The notes under the pieces were generated by a model. It saw only the letters and a program-made list of their open reading frames with translations. It searched no databases and was not told the origin of the DNA. Positions 38,566 through 47,022 of a stretch of DNA of 64,000 nucleotides are shown here, in pieces. Made by a program: the position numbers and the translations under genes. Within the stretch, counting starts at the first letter, position 1. Each line of letters starts with the position of its first letter. The DNA comes from a virus (taxonomy: Duplodnaviria > Caudoviricetes): IMG/VR virus record IMGVR_UViG_3300014204_000014, positions 1-64,000 of that record; one strand, given 5' to 3'.

Positions 38566-38611
38566 GCAACTATAAAAAGTAGCGTTGCGCAACTATAAAA
38601 AGTAGCGTTGC
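38566..38611. repeat. Perfect 23-bp tandem repeat (2 copies)
   Basis: GCAACTATAAAAAGTAGCGTTGC at 38566-38588 and 38589-38611. Confidence 0.9.
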
Positions 38612-38672
38612 TTATAAACATTGGGTGATATTCACTTTGCTTCATATTTGCCCTTATAATGATTGGATAAAA

Positions 38673-38760
38673 TAAAAAGCTCCTGATCGCGCCGTCACTC
38701 GCTTTCAGGAGCCAGGATTCTAAAAATCCTTTCTGATTATGACGGGCATCAGAAAGGACT
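38673..38760 (-). ncRNA. Two-hairpin leader RNA ending in an intrinsic terminator, with complementary loops
   Basis: 10-bp stem at 38728-38757 and 8-bp stem at 38679-38712 followed by a U-tract; loops carry CCGUCA and UGACGG. Confidence 0.6.
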
Positions 38761-38773
38761 CTCTATACTTATG

Positions 38774-38804
38774 ATTATATAGTATTTGTAAGAAAAAATA
38801 AAGT
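38774..38804 (-). promoter_or_regulatory. Class-2 promoter motif
   Basis: ACTTTAT-N18-TATAAT. Confidence 0.65.
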
Positions 38805-38811
38805 CTACTAA

Positions 38812-39333
38812 TTACTTTTCTTTTAGTAGCTTTGTTTCATTTGTAGGAGAATTAATTTTTGAGAAATCTGAAATACGTGGCAATTTTATATTGTATTTCA
38901 TTTTATCATTTCCATCTTCTAGCATTTTATTATAAGTTTCTTTCCTAGTTTCTAATTCTTTCAACTCCCTTGATAGAATTTCTGTATATTGCTTTTTATT
39001 CAAAAACATCCATAATCCTCTTAGTGAATCCTTTGGTCGGTGATAAGCAAAAGGATGATAATTTTCCGTACTGATTTCTTTTATATCTTTCATGTGCATA
39101 CGAATATAAAAAATTGATAAATCCCATTTCGATCCTGAAGCTCTTAGATTTTCTTTAAAGCCTTCTTTCTTATAATATTCAATAATTACTTTACATAATC
39201 TATGAATATTAGGGAGTGGCAAATCTTTTTTCTTTTCCATGAGATACAAAATATCTACTATCATTTGACAGCGGGCATGTCGTAAAGGACTTTCTGAGTC
39301 TTTTTGATGTGGCATAAATGAAAACCTACTCAT
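38812..39333 (-). CDS. Hypothetical protein
   Basis: ORF track; coupled to the ParB-like gene. Confidence 0.55.
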   Translation of the reverse strand: MSRFSFMPHQKDSESPLRHARCQMIVDILYLMEKKKDLPLPNIHRLCKVIIEYYKKEGFKENLRASGSKWDLSIFYIRMHMKDIKEISTENYHPFAYHRPKDSLRGLWMFLNKKQYTEILSRELKELETRKETYNKMLEDGNDKMKYNIKLPRISDFSKINSPTNETKLLKEK

Positions 39334-40174
39334 TTTTCCCTACCTCCATTTCTTTCATTAGACTTTTTATTTGTTCGTGTATTCTATGGATAAATTGAAT
39401 TGCCTCGGGTGAAAACATACCTTCTTTTGCTAGTATAGTTGCAGTAGAAAGAATATTTTTGAATTCCTTTACATCATGAATATATTCAGAAACAGCTTTT
39501 GGGTATTCATTAGGAAGCTTCTTATTTCTTTTGGTCTCTTTTTCTTTTTCTCCTTTTGCAAATCGCTTATCATGTAATTCTTTATCCGCCGCTCCCAGTG
39601 TTTTCTTTCCTTTATGGATATCATCAATAATACCTTTATCTAGTTCTCCATCATCTACAGCTTTCTTTATCCGTTTAGCTTTTTGTACTGATGATCCAGA
39701 TACTCCGAACTGCTTGCCGGCTTCATTTGCTGAATCAAATTTGTCTTCCGTGCGAACTTTTTTAAAAGGTTTCACGGATTTTACAAATTTTCCATTTGCA
39801 GTCTTTTGGTCTTTTACTTGTTTAGATTTTATTTTGTTATAATGTTCCCTTGCTTGCTTTTCAAACTCTGGAAGCATTTCAGTTGCAAGCAAGGCTCGCT
39901 GGCTTTCCGTTAGATGCCTGCGATTTATATTTTCTGCAATAACAAAATCTAGCGGATCACTTCCAGAATATTCTTCAGTAATGGGTTCGATGCCTAATTC
40001 TTGACAAGCTCGATAGCGGTTTTTCCCATCTAGAATTTTTCCTTCAAATAAAATAATGGGATTTATCTGCCCATTTTTTCTAATGCTCTCTACAAGATCA
40101 TTAAATTCTGTTCCTTGTATTGCGGGAAAATAGTTAGCCAATCGGTGTCCCTCCAATTCAATAATATTTTTCAT
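39326..40174 (-). CDS. ParB/Srx N-terminal domain protein
   Basis: LVESIRKNGQINPI..ILDGKNRYRAC..ENINRRHLT. Confidence 0.8.
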   Translation of the reverse strand: MKNIIELEGHRLANYFPAIQGTEFNDLVESIRKNGQINPIILFEGKILDGKNRYRACQELGIEPITEEYSGSDPLDFVIAENINRRHLTESQRALLATEMLPEFEKQAREHYNKIKSKQVKDQKTANGKFVKSVKPFKKVRTEDKFDSANEAGKQFGVSGSSVQKAKRIKKAVDDGELDKGIIDDIHKGKKTLGAADKELHDKRFAKGEKEKETKRNKKLPNEYPKAVSEYIHDVKEFKNILSTATILAKEGMFSPEAIQFIHRIHEQIKSLMKEMEVGKNE

Positions 40175-40202
40175 TCTAACTCCTTTGTTTGTTGCATCTA
40201 TA

Positions 40203-40269
40203 TATATTATATACTTTCTACCAATTTATTTTTCATAATAAAAATTCGTCTCTCTAAGTATATAATATA
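40203..40269. promoter_or_regulatory. Back-to-back divergent class-1 promoters at the strand switch
   Basis: 13-mer on minus at 40203-40215 and on plus at 40257-40269. Confidence 0.7.
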
Positions 40270-40284
40270 GATAAGAGGTACAAA

Positions 40285-40449
40285 ATGGATGAGAAACAAG
40301 TAAATGATGTAGCTAACAAGATTATGAAAGTAGGGAAAATCCTGACATTATTGATTACTATTCCCTTTATTGGCTTTATTATCTTCGGCACTGCAGGGCT
40401 AATTATCGGAATTATCTTAGGTGTTGCTCTCTCCTTGGGTACAAAATGA
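40285..40449 (+). CDS. Small membrane protein (54 aa, not in the ORF track)
   Basis: GAGG RBS; long hydrophobic segment; follows the promoter at 40257. Confidence 0.5.
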   Translation: MDEKQVNDVANKIMKVGKILTLLITIPFIGFIIFGTAGLIIGIILGVALSLGTK

Positions 40450-40637
40450 CTGAAGGCACAATGCTAAAGTTAAACAATACCGATGCTAAGGCAAGAGTGA
40501 TAAAAATCCTTTCAAATCAGGCTTTTATTATTGAGTGTGATGATAGAAGATTATCATTTACTCGTTTAGTTGATCCTAATAATATCTCAGATGGATTGGC
40601 TTTTTCTTCATGGGCAAATATTTTAAGGAGAAATTGA
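40446..40637 (+). CDS. Hypothetical protein
   Basis: ORF track; ATGA coupling. Confidence 0.5.
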   Translation: MTEGTMLKLNNTDAKARVIKILSNQAFIIECDDRRLSFTRLVDPNNISDGLAFSSWANILRRN

Positions 40638-40665
40638 AAAAACCATTTGCTCAGTATATAATATA
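40636..40665 (+). promoter_or_regulatory. Class-1 phage promoter motif
   Basis: A-tract-N9-AGTATATAATATA upstream of the candidate ncRNA. Confidence 0.6.
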
Positions 40666-40853
40666 TATGGAGGCTTTGGAAATGGTGGCAAGTAATGAGA
40701 ATGACGATTCTCGTGAGGGCCGAAATTCCTAGCAGGACTAAATACCTGCTCATTGCCTTTTAAAACGTTGTGGCTAGGTCGTATGACTAATGCCGAAATC
40801 GGAACGCTTTGCGTAGGCCGAAAATAGCAAGCCGGAGACAAACGTAACCGGCA
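40666..40853 (+). ncRNA. Candidate ~190-nt structured ncRNA
   Basis: GC-richer island with many hairpins, bracketed by two promoter motifs; TAATG...GGCCGAAA occurs twice. Confidence 0.45.
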
Positions 40854-40883
40854 CTTTATTTTTTATGAAAAGTATTATATAAT
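40853..40883 (+). promoter_or_regulatory. Class-2 promoter motif
   Basis: ACTTTAT-N18-TATAAT. Confidence 0.65.
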
Positions 40884-40922
40884 TATATAGTACCGTACTG
40901 AAAACAGTAGGAGAAAAAGTAT

Positions 40923-42008
40923 TTGATTAAATCAATCCAATTACAGAATTATCAATCCCATAAAAAAACTATTATAGAATTCTCTCCAGGAATAAACTGT
41001 ATTATTGGCCCATCTGATCAAGGAAAAACAGCAATACTTCGCGCGCTATATTGGACTGTATATAATCGCCCTTCAGGATTAGCATATATTTCACATTGGA
41101 ATAGGGACAAAGATGGCAAGCCAATAAAATCTACTTATGTAAAAGTTGAAAATGATTCTAATATAATTGAACGTAGGCGAGGCAAGGTAAAAAGATCAGA
41201 TGATTATGAAGAATTTAATGGCTATGTAATAAATGATTCTGAGTATCTTGAAGCGATAGGCCAAGACGTTCCTGATGAAGTAAATAAGTTATTCAATTTA
41301 GACTCGGTAAATATCCAAAAACAAATGGATGCCCCTTTCCTATTATCGGAAAGTGCTGGAGAAGTAGCTAGATTTTTTAATCAAATTATTAGATTGGATT
41401 TGATTGATAAAGTATTGTCAAAAGCAGAATCAAAAAAGCGCGAAATGAATAAGGACAAAATAAGATTAGAAAATGAATCTGAAAATATTGCTAAGGAAAT
41501 ATTAGAATATGACTGGATAGATGAAGCGGAAAGTTTAGCAAATAAAATAAGTAAGGCTGAAGATAGAGTAAATGAAAATAATGGGATTAGGGATAATTTG
41601 ATCCTTACAGTTACTAAAAATAAAGTTCTAATTGACGAAATTTCTTTACAGGAGGAAATTCTATCCGCCGCTCCTTTGGTTAATAAGATAAAAATAGTAC
41701 AGGAATCGCTTGAACAGAATAGTTCAAAATATAAGCGATTACAAAATCTGTCTAGCCAGTGGCAAGAACAAAATGATATTATTAAGGGAGTGGCGGATTT
41801 TTCTTCTATTGATTTGCTAATTGAAAAAATAGATTCTTTTAGGCGAAGTATTTTCGATAAGGTAAAAGTAAAAGAAAATTTGGAAAATCTTACAGAAGAG
41901 TATAAAATAAAGTATGCTGGAGTTGAAGTGGAAATTGAAAAAATAAGTTTGATGGAAAAAGAATTACCTCAAATATGTCCGTACTGTGGTAATAAAATAA
42001 AGGAGTGA
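40923..42008 (+). CDS. sbcC: SbcC/Rad50-like ATPase, N-terminal half (Walker A, coiled coil, zinc hook)
   Basis: LQNYQSH, GPSDQGKT, C-terminal CPYCG; no signature motif or Walker B. Confidence 0.85.
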   Translation: MIKSIQLQNYQSHKKTIIEFSPGINCIIGPSDQGKTAILRALYWTVYNRPSGLAYISHWNRDKDGKPIKSTYVKVENDSNIIERRRGKVKRSDDYEEFNGYVINDSEYLEAIGQDVPDEVNKLFNLDSVNIQKQMDAPFLLSESAGEVARFFNQIIRLDLIDKVLSKAESKKREMNKDKIRLENESENIAKEILEYDWIDEAESLANKISKAEDRVNENNGIRDNLILTVTKNKVLIDEISLQEEILSAAPLVNKIKIVQESLEQNSSKYKRLQNLSSQWQEQNDIIKGVADFSSIDLLIEKIDSFRRSIFDKVKVKENLENLTEEYKIKYAGVEVEIEKISLMEKELPQICPYCGNKIKE

Positions 42009-42619
42009 TGATGGTAGAGTTTAAAGACTTTCAAAAAATTGCTAGGTATTCAAGAGAAGTTATAGTAACAGAAAAAATTGATGGTACAAATGCTCAGATT
42101 TTTATTGCAAATAAGGACTCCCTTCCTGCTAGTGATTATAACGATCCAATTATTGCAAGTAAAGATAATTTAATTATGTGTGCTGGTTCACGAAATAGAT
42201 TTATTTCTATTGAGCATGATAATTATGGATTTGCAAAATGGGTAAACGAAAATGCTGATGAATTATTCCATTTGGGTCCAGGAAGGCATTTCGGAGAATG
42301 GTGGGGAAGTGGAATACAGAGAAAATACGATCAGACAGAAAAGCATTGGAGCTTATTTAATGTTCATAAATACTTGGATAATTATGATAATGAAAAGCCC
42401 ACCTGTCCTAAGTGCTGTAGAGTAGTACCTATTTTATGGCGAGGGAATTTTGATGATTTTAATGCTAGGGAAATAATGGATAAGTTACAATTTGATGGTT
42501 CTAGTGCTGCGCCTTTCTACATGAAGCCTGAAGGAATAGTAATTTTTCATTCAGCTAGTGGATCATTATTCAAGAAAACATTTGAAAATGATTCTACAGG
42601 GAAAGGTGAAAATGCCTAA
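42005..42619 (+). CDS. ATP-dependent RNA ligase (Rnl2-like adenylation domain)
   Basis: TEKIDGTN (KxDG), FGEW, KPEGIVI. Confidence 0.8.
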   Translation: MMMVEFKDFQKIARYSREVIVTEKIDGTNAQIFIANKDSLPASDYNDPIIASKDNLIMCAGSRNRFISIEHDNYGFAKWVNENADELFHLGPGRHFGEWWGSGIQRKYDQTEKHWSLFNVHKYLDNYDNEKPTCPKCCRVVPILWRGNFDDFNAREIMDKLQFDGSSAAPFYMKPEGIVIFHSASGSLFKKTFENDSTGKGENA

Positions 42620-43502
42620 GTTTATTTTTACTGCTGATTGGCATTTGCGAGACAAAGCTCCTCGCTGTAGAAAAGATGAAGATTGGTTTGCCTTTCAGGA
42701 AATACTCGTAGAATGGGTAATAAATAAAGCCAATGAAAATAATTGCGATTTAATTATAGGTGGTGATATTTTTGATGCACCTAATGTTTCTTCAGCTTTG
42801 CTCTCTATGTTAATAAAGCAATTATCAAAAATAGATAAGAAGGTATATTTTATTGCTGGCAATCACGACCTCCCTTATCACGCTATTGAAAATATAGATT
42901 CGTCTTCAATTGGAGTACTAAAAAATATATCCACAAACCATACAAAAATAGTTTATGGATTATCTGCTTTTGGAGAATGGGCAGATTTTGGAAATAAAAT
43001 ACAAGGAATAGATACAGGATTACTTTTTTTACATAGATTAGTATTTGAAAATGCTAGAACGCTTCCTCCTAATGTAAATGTTTGTACTGCTCAAGAATTG
43101 CTAAATGAATATCCTGATAAATGGCTAGTTTTAGTAGGAGATAATCATACTACTTTTCATTATGAGAAAAAAGATCACCATGTAATAAATCCTGGTAGTC
43201 TGTATCGAGATACAAGTGATAAAAAAAATTACATTCCAAGTATATACTATATTGATATAGATAAAAAGATTTTTGATTCTATTCCCGTTCCCGATGATGG
43301 CCCAGTAGTAGATGACAGCTATATAAAAAGTGAAGAGGAAAGGGATAGTAGAATAATGGCATTTATTGAAAGTGTAAAAAATAATGGTAAAGTATCATTA
43401 GATTTTATGAAGAATATTGAAATTGCTTTGGAAAAAAATAAATCTGATATTGATGAAAATACATTAGAGATGATACACGAGCTTATGGAAGGAGAAGGCT
43501 GA
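42612..43502 (+). CDS. sbcD: SbcD/Mre11-like nuclease
   Basis: ADWH, GDIFD, GNHD, GDNH; ATG at 42612. Confidence 0.85.
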   Translation: MPKFIFTADWHLRDKAPRCRKDEDWFAFQEILVEWVINKANENNCDLIIGGDIFDAPNVSSALLSMLIKQLSKIDKKVYFIAGNHDLPYHAIENIDSSSIGVLKNISTNHTKIVYGLSAFGEWADFGNKIQGIDTGLLFLHRLVFENARTLPPNVNVCTAQELLNEYPDKWLVLVGDNHTTFHYEKKDHHVINPGSLYRDTSDKKNYIPSIYYIDIDKKIFDSIPVPDDGPVVDDSYIKSEEERDSRIMAFIESVKNNGKVSLDFMKNIEIALEKNKSDIDENTLEMIHELMEGEG

Positions 43503-43672
43503 TGAAAGAAAATCCTTATGATATGGAATTATGGGGGTCTATTTATATTGATGTAGGATGTACAGAAGTTACTAGGGTTCCTGGTGGCTGGGTGATTATA
43601 TATCGTCGAGACAGTGGTAATTCTATGTGCTTTATTCCATTTGATAATGAATTTATGGAGACTTTTAAATGA
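43502..43672 (+). CDS. Small hypothetical protein (56 aa, not in the ORF track)
   Basis: TGATG coupling; TRVPGGW motif. Confidence 0.5.
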   Translation: MKENPYDMELWGSIYIDVGCTEVTRVPGGWVIIYRRDSGNSMCFIPFDNEFMETFK

Positions 43673-43941
43673 CGCCCATTGATGGTTTTAAATATGCAAT
43701 GGATGTTAAGACTATACGTGGATTGGTTCAAATTATTTATGAAAGTATTTTAGTGAATAAAATTGCAATAAAAGATGAAGCACGATTTGTTTCAAAAGAA
43801 GAGAAGATTTTACTATTCAAATTAATTTCCAATTCTATTTTTAGTGAAGATGCCTTTCAAATAGCAAATGAATTTTTAGCATGTCCTCCGATTAGTTCTG
43901 CTGAAGTATGCAAACAGAATTTAGATACAGGAGAAGGCTGA
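43669..43941 (+). CDS. Hypothetical protein
   Basis: ORF track; ATGA coupling. Confidence 0.5.
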   Translation: MTPIDGFKYAMDVKTIRGLVQIIYESILVNKIAIKDEARFVSKEEKILLFKLISNSIFSEDAFQIANEFLACPPISSAEVCKQNLDTGEG

Positions 43942-44177
43942 TGACACCAGAACGATTTTCACAAATAAAAAAGTCTATAGAAATTGCTAAAACAAATCGT
44001 GATAAGGCAGAAGGAGCAAAACAGAAAATTGAAGAGCAATGGAAAAGTGATTATGATTTAGATTCATTAGAGGAAGCAGAAAATAAGATTAAGGAATTGG
44101 AAGAAGAAATTGATTCTGATAAAAAGAAGTTGGAAAAAATGTATGCACAGCTAGAAAAAGTTACAGATTGGAATTAA
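43941..44177 (+). CDS. Coiled-coil protein, probable fragment of the SbcC descending arm
   Basis: All-heptad sequence; ATG at 43941 with an AGGAG RBS; directly precedes the SbcC C-half. Confidence 0.6.
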   Translation: MTPERFSQIKKSIEIAKTNRDKAEGAKQKIEEQWKSDYDLDSLEEAENKIKELEEEIDSDKKKLEKMYAQLEKVTDWN

Positions 44178-44178
44178 G

Positions 44179-44796
44179 TTGAATATACAAGAATATAAAA
44201 ATAAAATAAATATGGCAAAAGGTAAACTAAATCTTTTGCAAGAGAATCGAGTTGATATATTGACTAATTTGAAAATGCTTATTATCAGACAAAAGGCTTT
44301 AGAGGAAGCTCAAGCATTTATTCAGTTAGTAGCAAAAAATACTCAAGAGCAATTACGATTTAATATTGTGGACATTGTGAACTTGGCCCTTTCGACTTGC
44401 TTTCCTGACGAGTATATATTTGATGTAGTATTTGAAATAAAGCGAGGAAGGACAGAAGCAAAATTAGTTTTTATGAAGAATGGAAATGAAGTTGATCCAC
44501 TTGAAGCCTCTGGTGGCGGAGTAGTTGACCTCGCTAGCTTTGCTCTAAGAATATCCGCATGGAGCTTGGGTAATACTGATAATGTAATTATTTTAGATGA
44601 GCCGTTTAGATTTTTGTCTAAGGATTTACAGCCACGAGCTGGAGAGATAATGAAAAAGATATCTAAGAATTTAGGATTACAGTTTATTACAGTTACCCAT
44701 AATGAGGCAATTATTGATTCAGCAGATAGGATTTTTGAAGTAAGAAAAATTGATAATGTTTCTAAAGTTATTATGAAGGAGAATAATAATGGGTAA
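44179..44796 (+). CDS. SbcC/Rad50-like ATPase, C-terminal half
   Basis: Signature ASGGG, Walker B IILDEP, H-loop VTH. Confidence 0.85.
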   Translation: MNIQEYKNKINMAKGKLNLLQENRVDILTNLKMLIIRQKALEEAQAFIQLVAKNTQEQLRFNIVDIVNLALSTCFPDEYIFDVVFEIKRGRTEAKLVFMKNGNEVDPLEASGGGVVDLASFALRISAWSLGNTDNVIILDEPFRFLSKDLQPRAGEIMKKISKNLGLQFITVTHNEAIIDSADRIFEVRKIDNVSKVIMKENNNG

Positions 44797-44957
44797 TAGG
44801 TTTGGATTTTTAGGCAATAATAAAAGGATTTATTTGCAGAGATGCCCGATCTGTAAAAAAGAAAATTATGCTATGAATGTTTCTTCAGGAATGTGTACTT
44901 GGTGTGGGCATAAGGCTACACTTGAAGATATAGGCGAAAAGGAAAAGGATTATTCAA

Positions 44958-45215
44958 ATGACTGCTGAAAAAATGAATAATAAAGTTATAGGAAGTAGCT
45001 TAGATGATTTCTTGAAAGAGGAAGGCATATATGAAGAATGTAAGGCCAGAGCTATAAAAATAGTTATTGAAGATTTAAAATATGGTGATATTGTTTATGA
45101 TAATGAAACGGGAGAAAAATATAAATTTGCTCAAGCACAATTTCCTAATGTTTTAGTATTTGATGAAAAAGGTTTAGCAGTATGGCTTCCTCCAGAAAGG
45201 ATTGCAAATGAATAA
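44958..45215 (+). CDS. Hypothetical protein
   Basis: ORF track. Confidence 0.5.
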   Translation: MTAEKMNNKVIGSSLDDFLKEEGIYEECKARAIKIVIEDLKYGDIVYDNETGEKYKFAQAQFPNVLVFDEKGLAVWLPPERIANE

Positions 45216-45398
45216 ACTAAATTATGTGAATAAGGAAAAGAAAATTAAAGTTGAATTGGATGATAGGTATTTTGGTACTAAAAAGATTGAAGTAAATGAG
45301 CCTTTGATTGAGCATCCTTGTATTCATCGTTTAGGAGCATGGCGTGGGTATTAAATTCTATTCGTATGAGTAGAATAAATATTTTTTAGGAGAACGTA

Positions 45399-46655
45399 AT
45401 GAGAAAGATTTTTGCGATTCTAATGATTTGCATGGGAGTATTTGCTTTTGCCTCTCCAAAGATTACTGTACTTGTTTCTGGTATGGGCGATTTTCCTGAT
45501 GGAACAAAGGGTACAATTTCTCAGGCAAAGGAAAAGGTACAGAAGGATTTTCCTGGGCTTGAAGTTGAACTAATTCAGATGAATCTTTCGGGTGGCAGTA
45601 CAATTTCTATGGATGCTATGCTTGCGGCTGGCACTCCTCCTAATGTTTATATGGATAATATGGTTCGCGCATCTAAGTACATGGTGCCTGAATTCGCGCT
45701 TAATTTGAATAAGTATATTCGTGATATTAAGATGTATGATAAGAATATTCTTGCTCAGTATACTAGGAATAAGGCACTTCTTGGAATGCCTATGCCTTCT
45801 CATACTCAAGGAGTTTGCATCAACCTTGATATTATGAAGGAAATTGGATTTGAAGTAAAGTGGGATTGGACTATTGATGATTTCCTAAAGATGGCTGAGT
45901 TGGTAAAGCAGAAGTATGGGAATAAGAAATATGCTACGATGCTTTTTGCCGCGAATCAGTCAGGCGATTATCTTCTTCATAACTGGTTCGAGGCTTTTGG
46001 AGCACATTATTATAAGACAGGAGATTATGATAATGCAACTATTGCTAAGACTGGTGGAGCAAAAACTTATGAATTTTATCAGAAGCTAATTAAGAATGGA
46101 TACGTTCCACCTAATGCTTCTACGCTTAATGATGATGATTACGCGCTAGAATGGTCAAAGGGAACTCTTGCGGCAACTCCATTTTTTACCGCATGGAATG
46201 ATGTTTATTTTAAATCTTCTATGGATCAGAAGCTAATTGAAAAGCCTTTTAATTATAAGTATGTTCCATTTCCTCATGCTCCTGGTGTAAAGGGAACTCC
46301 TGGGTATTCTATGACTGGAGCTTACGTAGTTTATAAGTCTCCTGATGAAAATATCAATAAAATCTCTGCTCGATTTGTTGAATATGCCACAAGCGCTGAA
46401 ATGCAGAGTCTTGATTCAAAGTATTCTTTTACAGTTCCTACTCGCTCTGATGCAGTAATGCCTATTGGTCCTCACGTTGAAGCTACGATGAGGATCGCAA
46501 AAGAAAATGGCATTTATGATTGTGGCATTACTGATCCTAGATTTACTGAGCGCCGAGCACTTCAGTTCCCAATTCTACAGAAGCTATTTAATTTCAAGAT
46601 CTCTCCTGAGGAAGCAATTAAGGAATATGAGAAGAAGCTGTCAGCAGTAAAGTAA
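45399..46655 (+). CDS. Carbohydrate ABC transporter substrate-binding protein (SBP family 1)
   Basis: Signal peptide without a lipobox; LAAGTPPNV, GMPM..GVCINLDIM, WTIDDFLKMA, YVPFP, SAEMQ. Confidence 0.88.
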   Translation: MRKIFAILMICMGVFAFASPKITVLVSGMGDFPDGTKGTISQAKEKVQKDFPGLEVELIQMNLSGGSTISMDAMLAAGTPPNVYMDNMVRASKYMVPEFALNLNKYIRDIKMYDKNILAQYTRNKALLGMPMPSHTQGVCINLDIMKEIGFEVKWDWTIDDFLKMAELVKQKYGNKKYATMLFAANQSGDYLLHNWFEAFGAHYYKTGDYDNATIAKTGGAKTYEFYQKLIKNGYVPPNASTLNDDDYALEWSKGTLAATPFFTAWNDVYFKSSMDQKLIEKPFNYKYVPFPHAPGVKGTPGYSMTGAYVVYKSPDENINKISARFVEYATSAEMQSLDSKYSFTVPTRSDAVMPIGPHVEATMRIAKENGIYDCGITDPRFTERRALQFPILQKLFNFKISPEEAIKEYEKKLSAVK

Positions 46656-46746
46656 AATTTAATTTTCTAGGGACTCTCCCTAGGAGCCTATGGCACGGCT
46701 AACTTGCCCGGTCATTCTTCCATTAAAAGTTGAATGGCCGTTATAT

Positions 46747-46830
46747 GCCGGAATGGTGGAACAGGAAGACACTCCGGACTTAAAATCCGTTGCCTGTAAA
46801 GGTGTGAGGGTTCAAATCCCTCTTCCGGCA
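46747..46830 (+). tRNA. tRNA-Leu(TAA)
   Basis: GCCGGAA/TTCCGGC acceptor stem, CT-TAA-AA loop, long variable arm, GGTTCAAATCC. Confidence 0.92.
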
Positions 46831-46833
46831 TTT

Positions 46834-46906
46834 GGGGCATTAGCTCAGTTGGTAGAGCATTTGACTGTTAATCAAAATGTGGATGGTTCAATTCCATCAT
46901 GCCCCG
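46834..46906 (+). tRNA. tRNA-Asn(GTT)
   Basis: GGGGCAT/ATGCCCC acceptor stem, TTTGA-CTGTTAA-TCAAA anticodon arm. Confidence 0.92.
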
Positions 46907-46930
46907 AGGATTTTATTTGAAATAATTTGA

Positions 46931-47001
46931 AGCAGGGTAGCCCAATGGTACGGTAGCGGCCTCATAAGCCGATGATGGAGGTTCGATTCCTTCCCCTGCT
47001 A
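46931..47001 (+). tRNA. tRNA with CAT anticodon (Met, initiator or Ile2 not resolved)
   Basis: AGCAGGG/CCCTGCT acceptor stem, CGGC-CTCATAA-GCCG, GGTTCGATTCC. Confidence 0.8.
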
Positions 47002-47022
47002 TAGTGAATTTATTTGAATCTC

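Noticed and set aside
38566-38611. Mini CRISPR array
   Set aside because: The two 23-bp copies are directly adjacent with no spacer, and there are no cas genes.
40666-40853. Hammerhead, twister or glycine riboswitch call for the ncRNA candidate
   Set aside because: The core consensus nucleotides (CUGANGA, twister pseudoknot pairs, CCGAAG/CUCUCAGG) are absent, so it is kept as unclassified.
46690-46920. 76-aa ORF from the ORF track
   Set aside because: It overlaps two well-formed tRNA genes, so it is a chance open frame.
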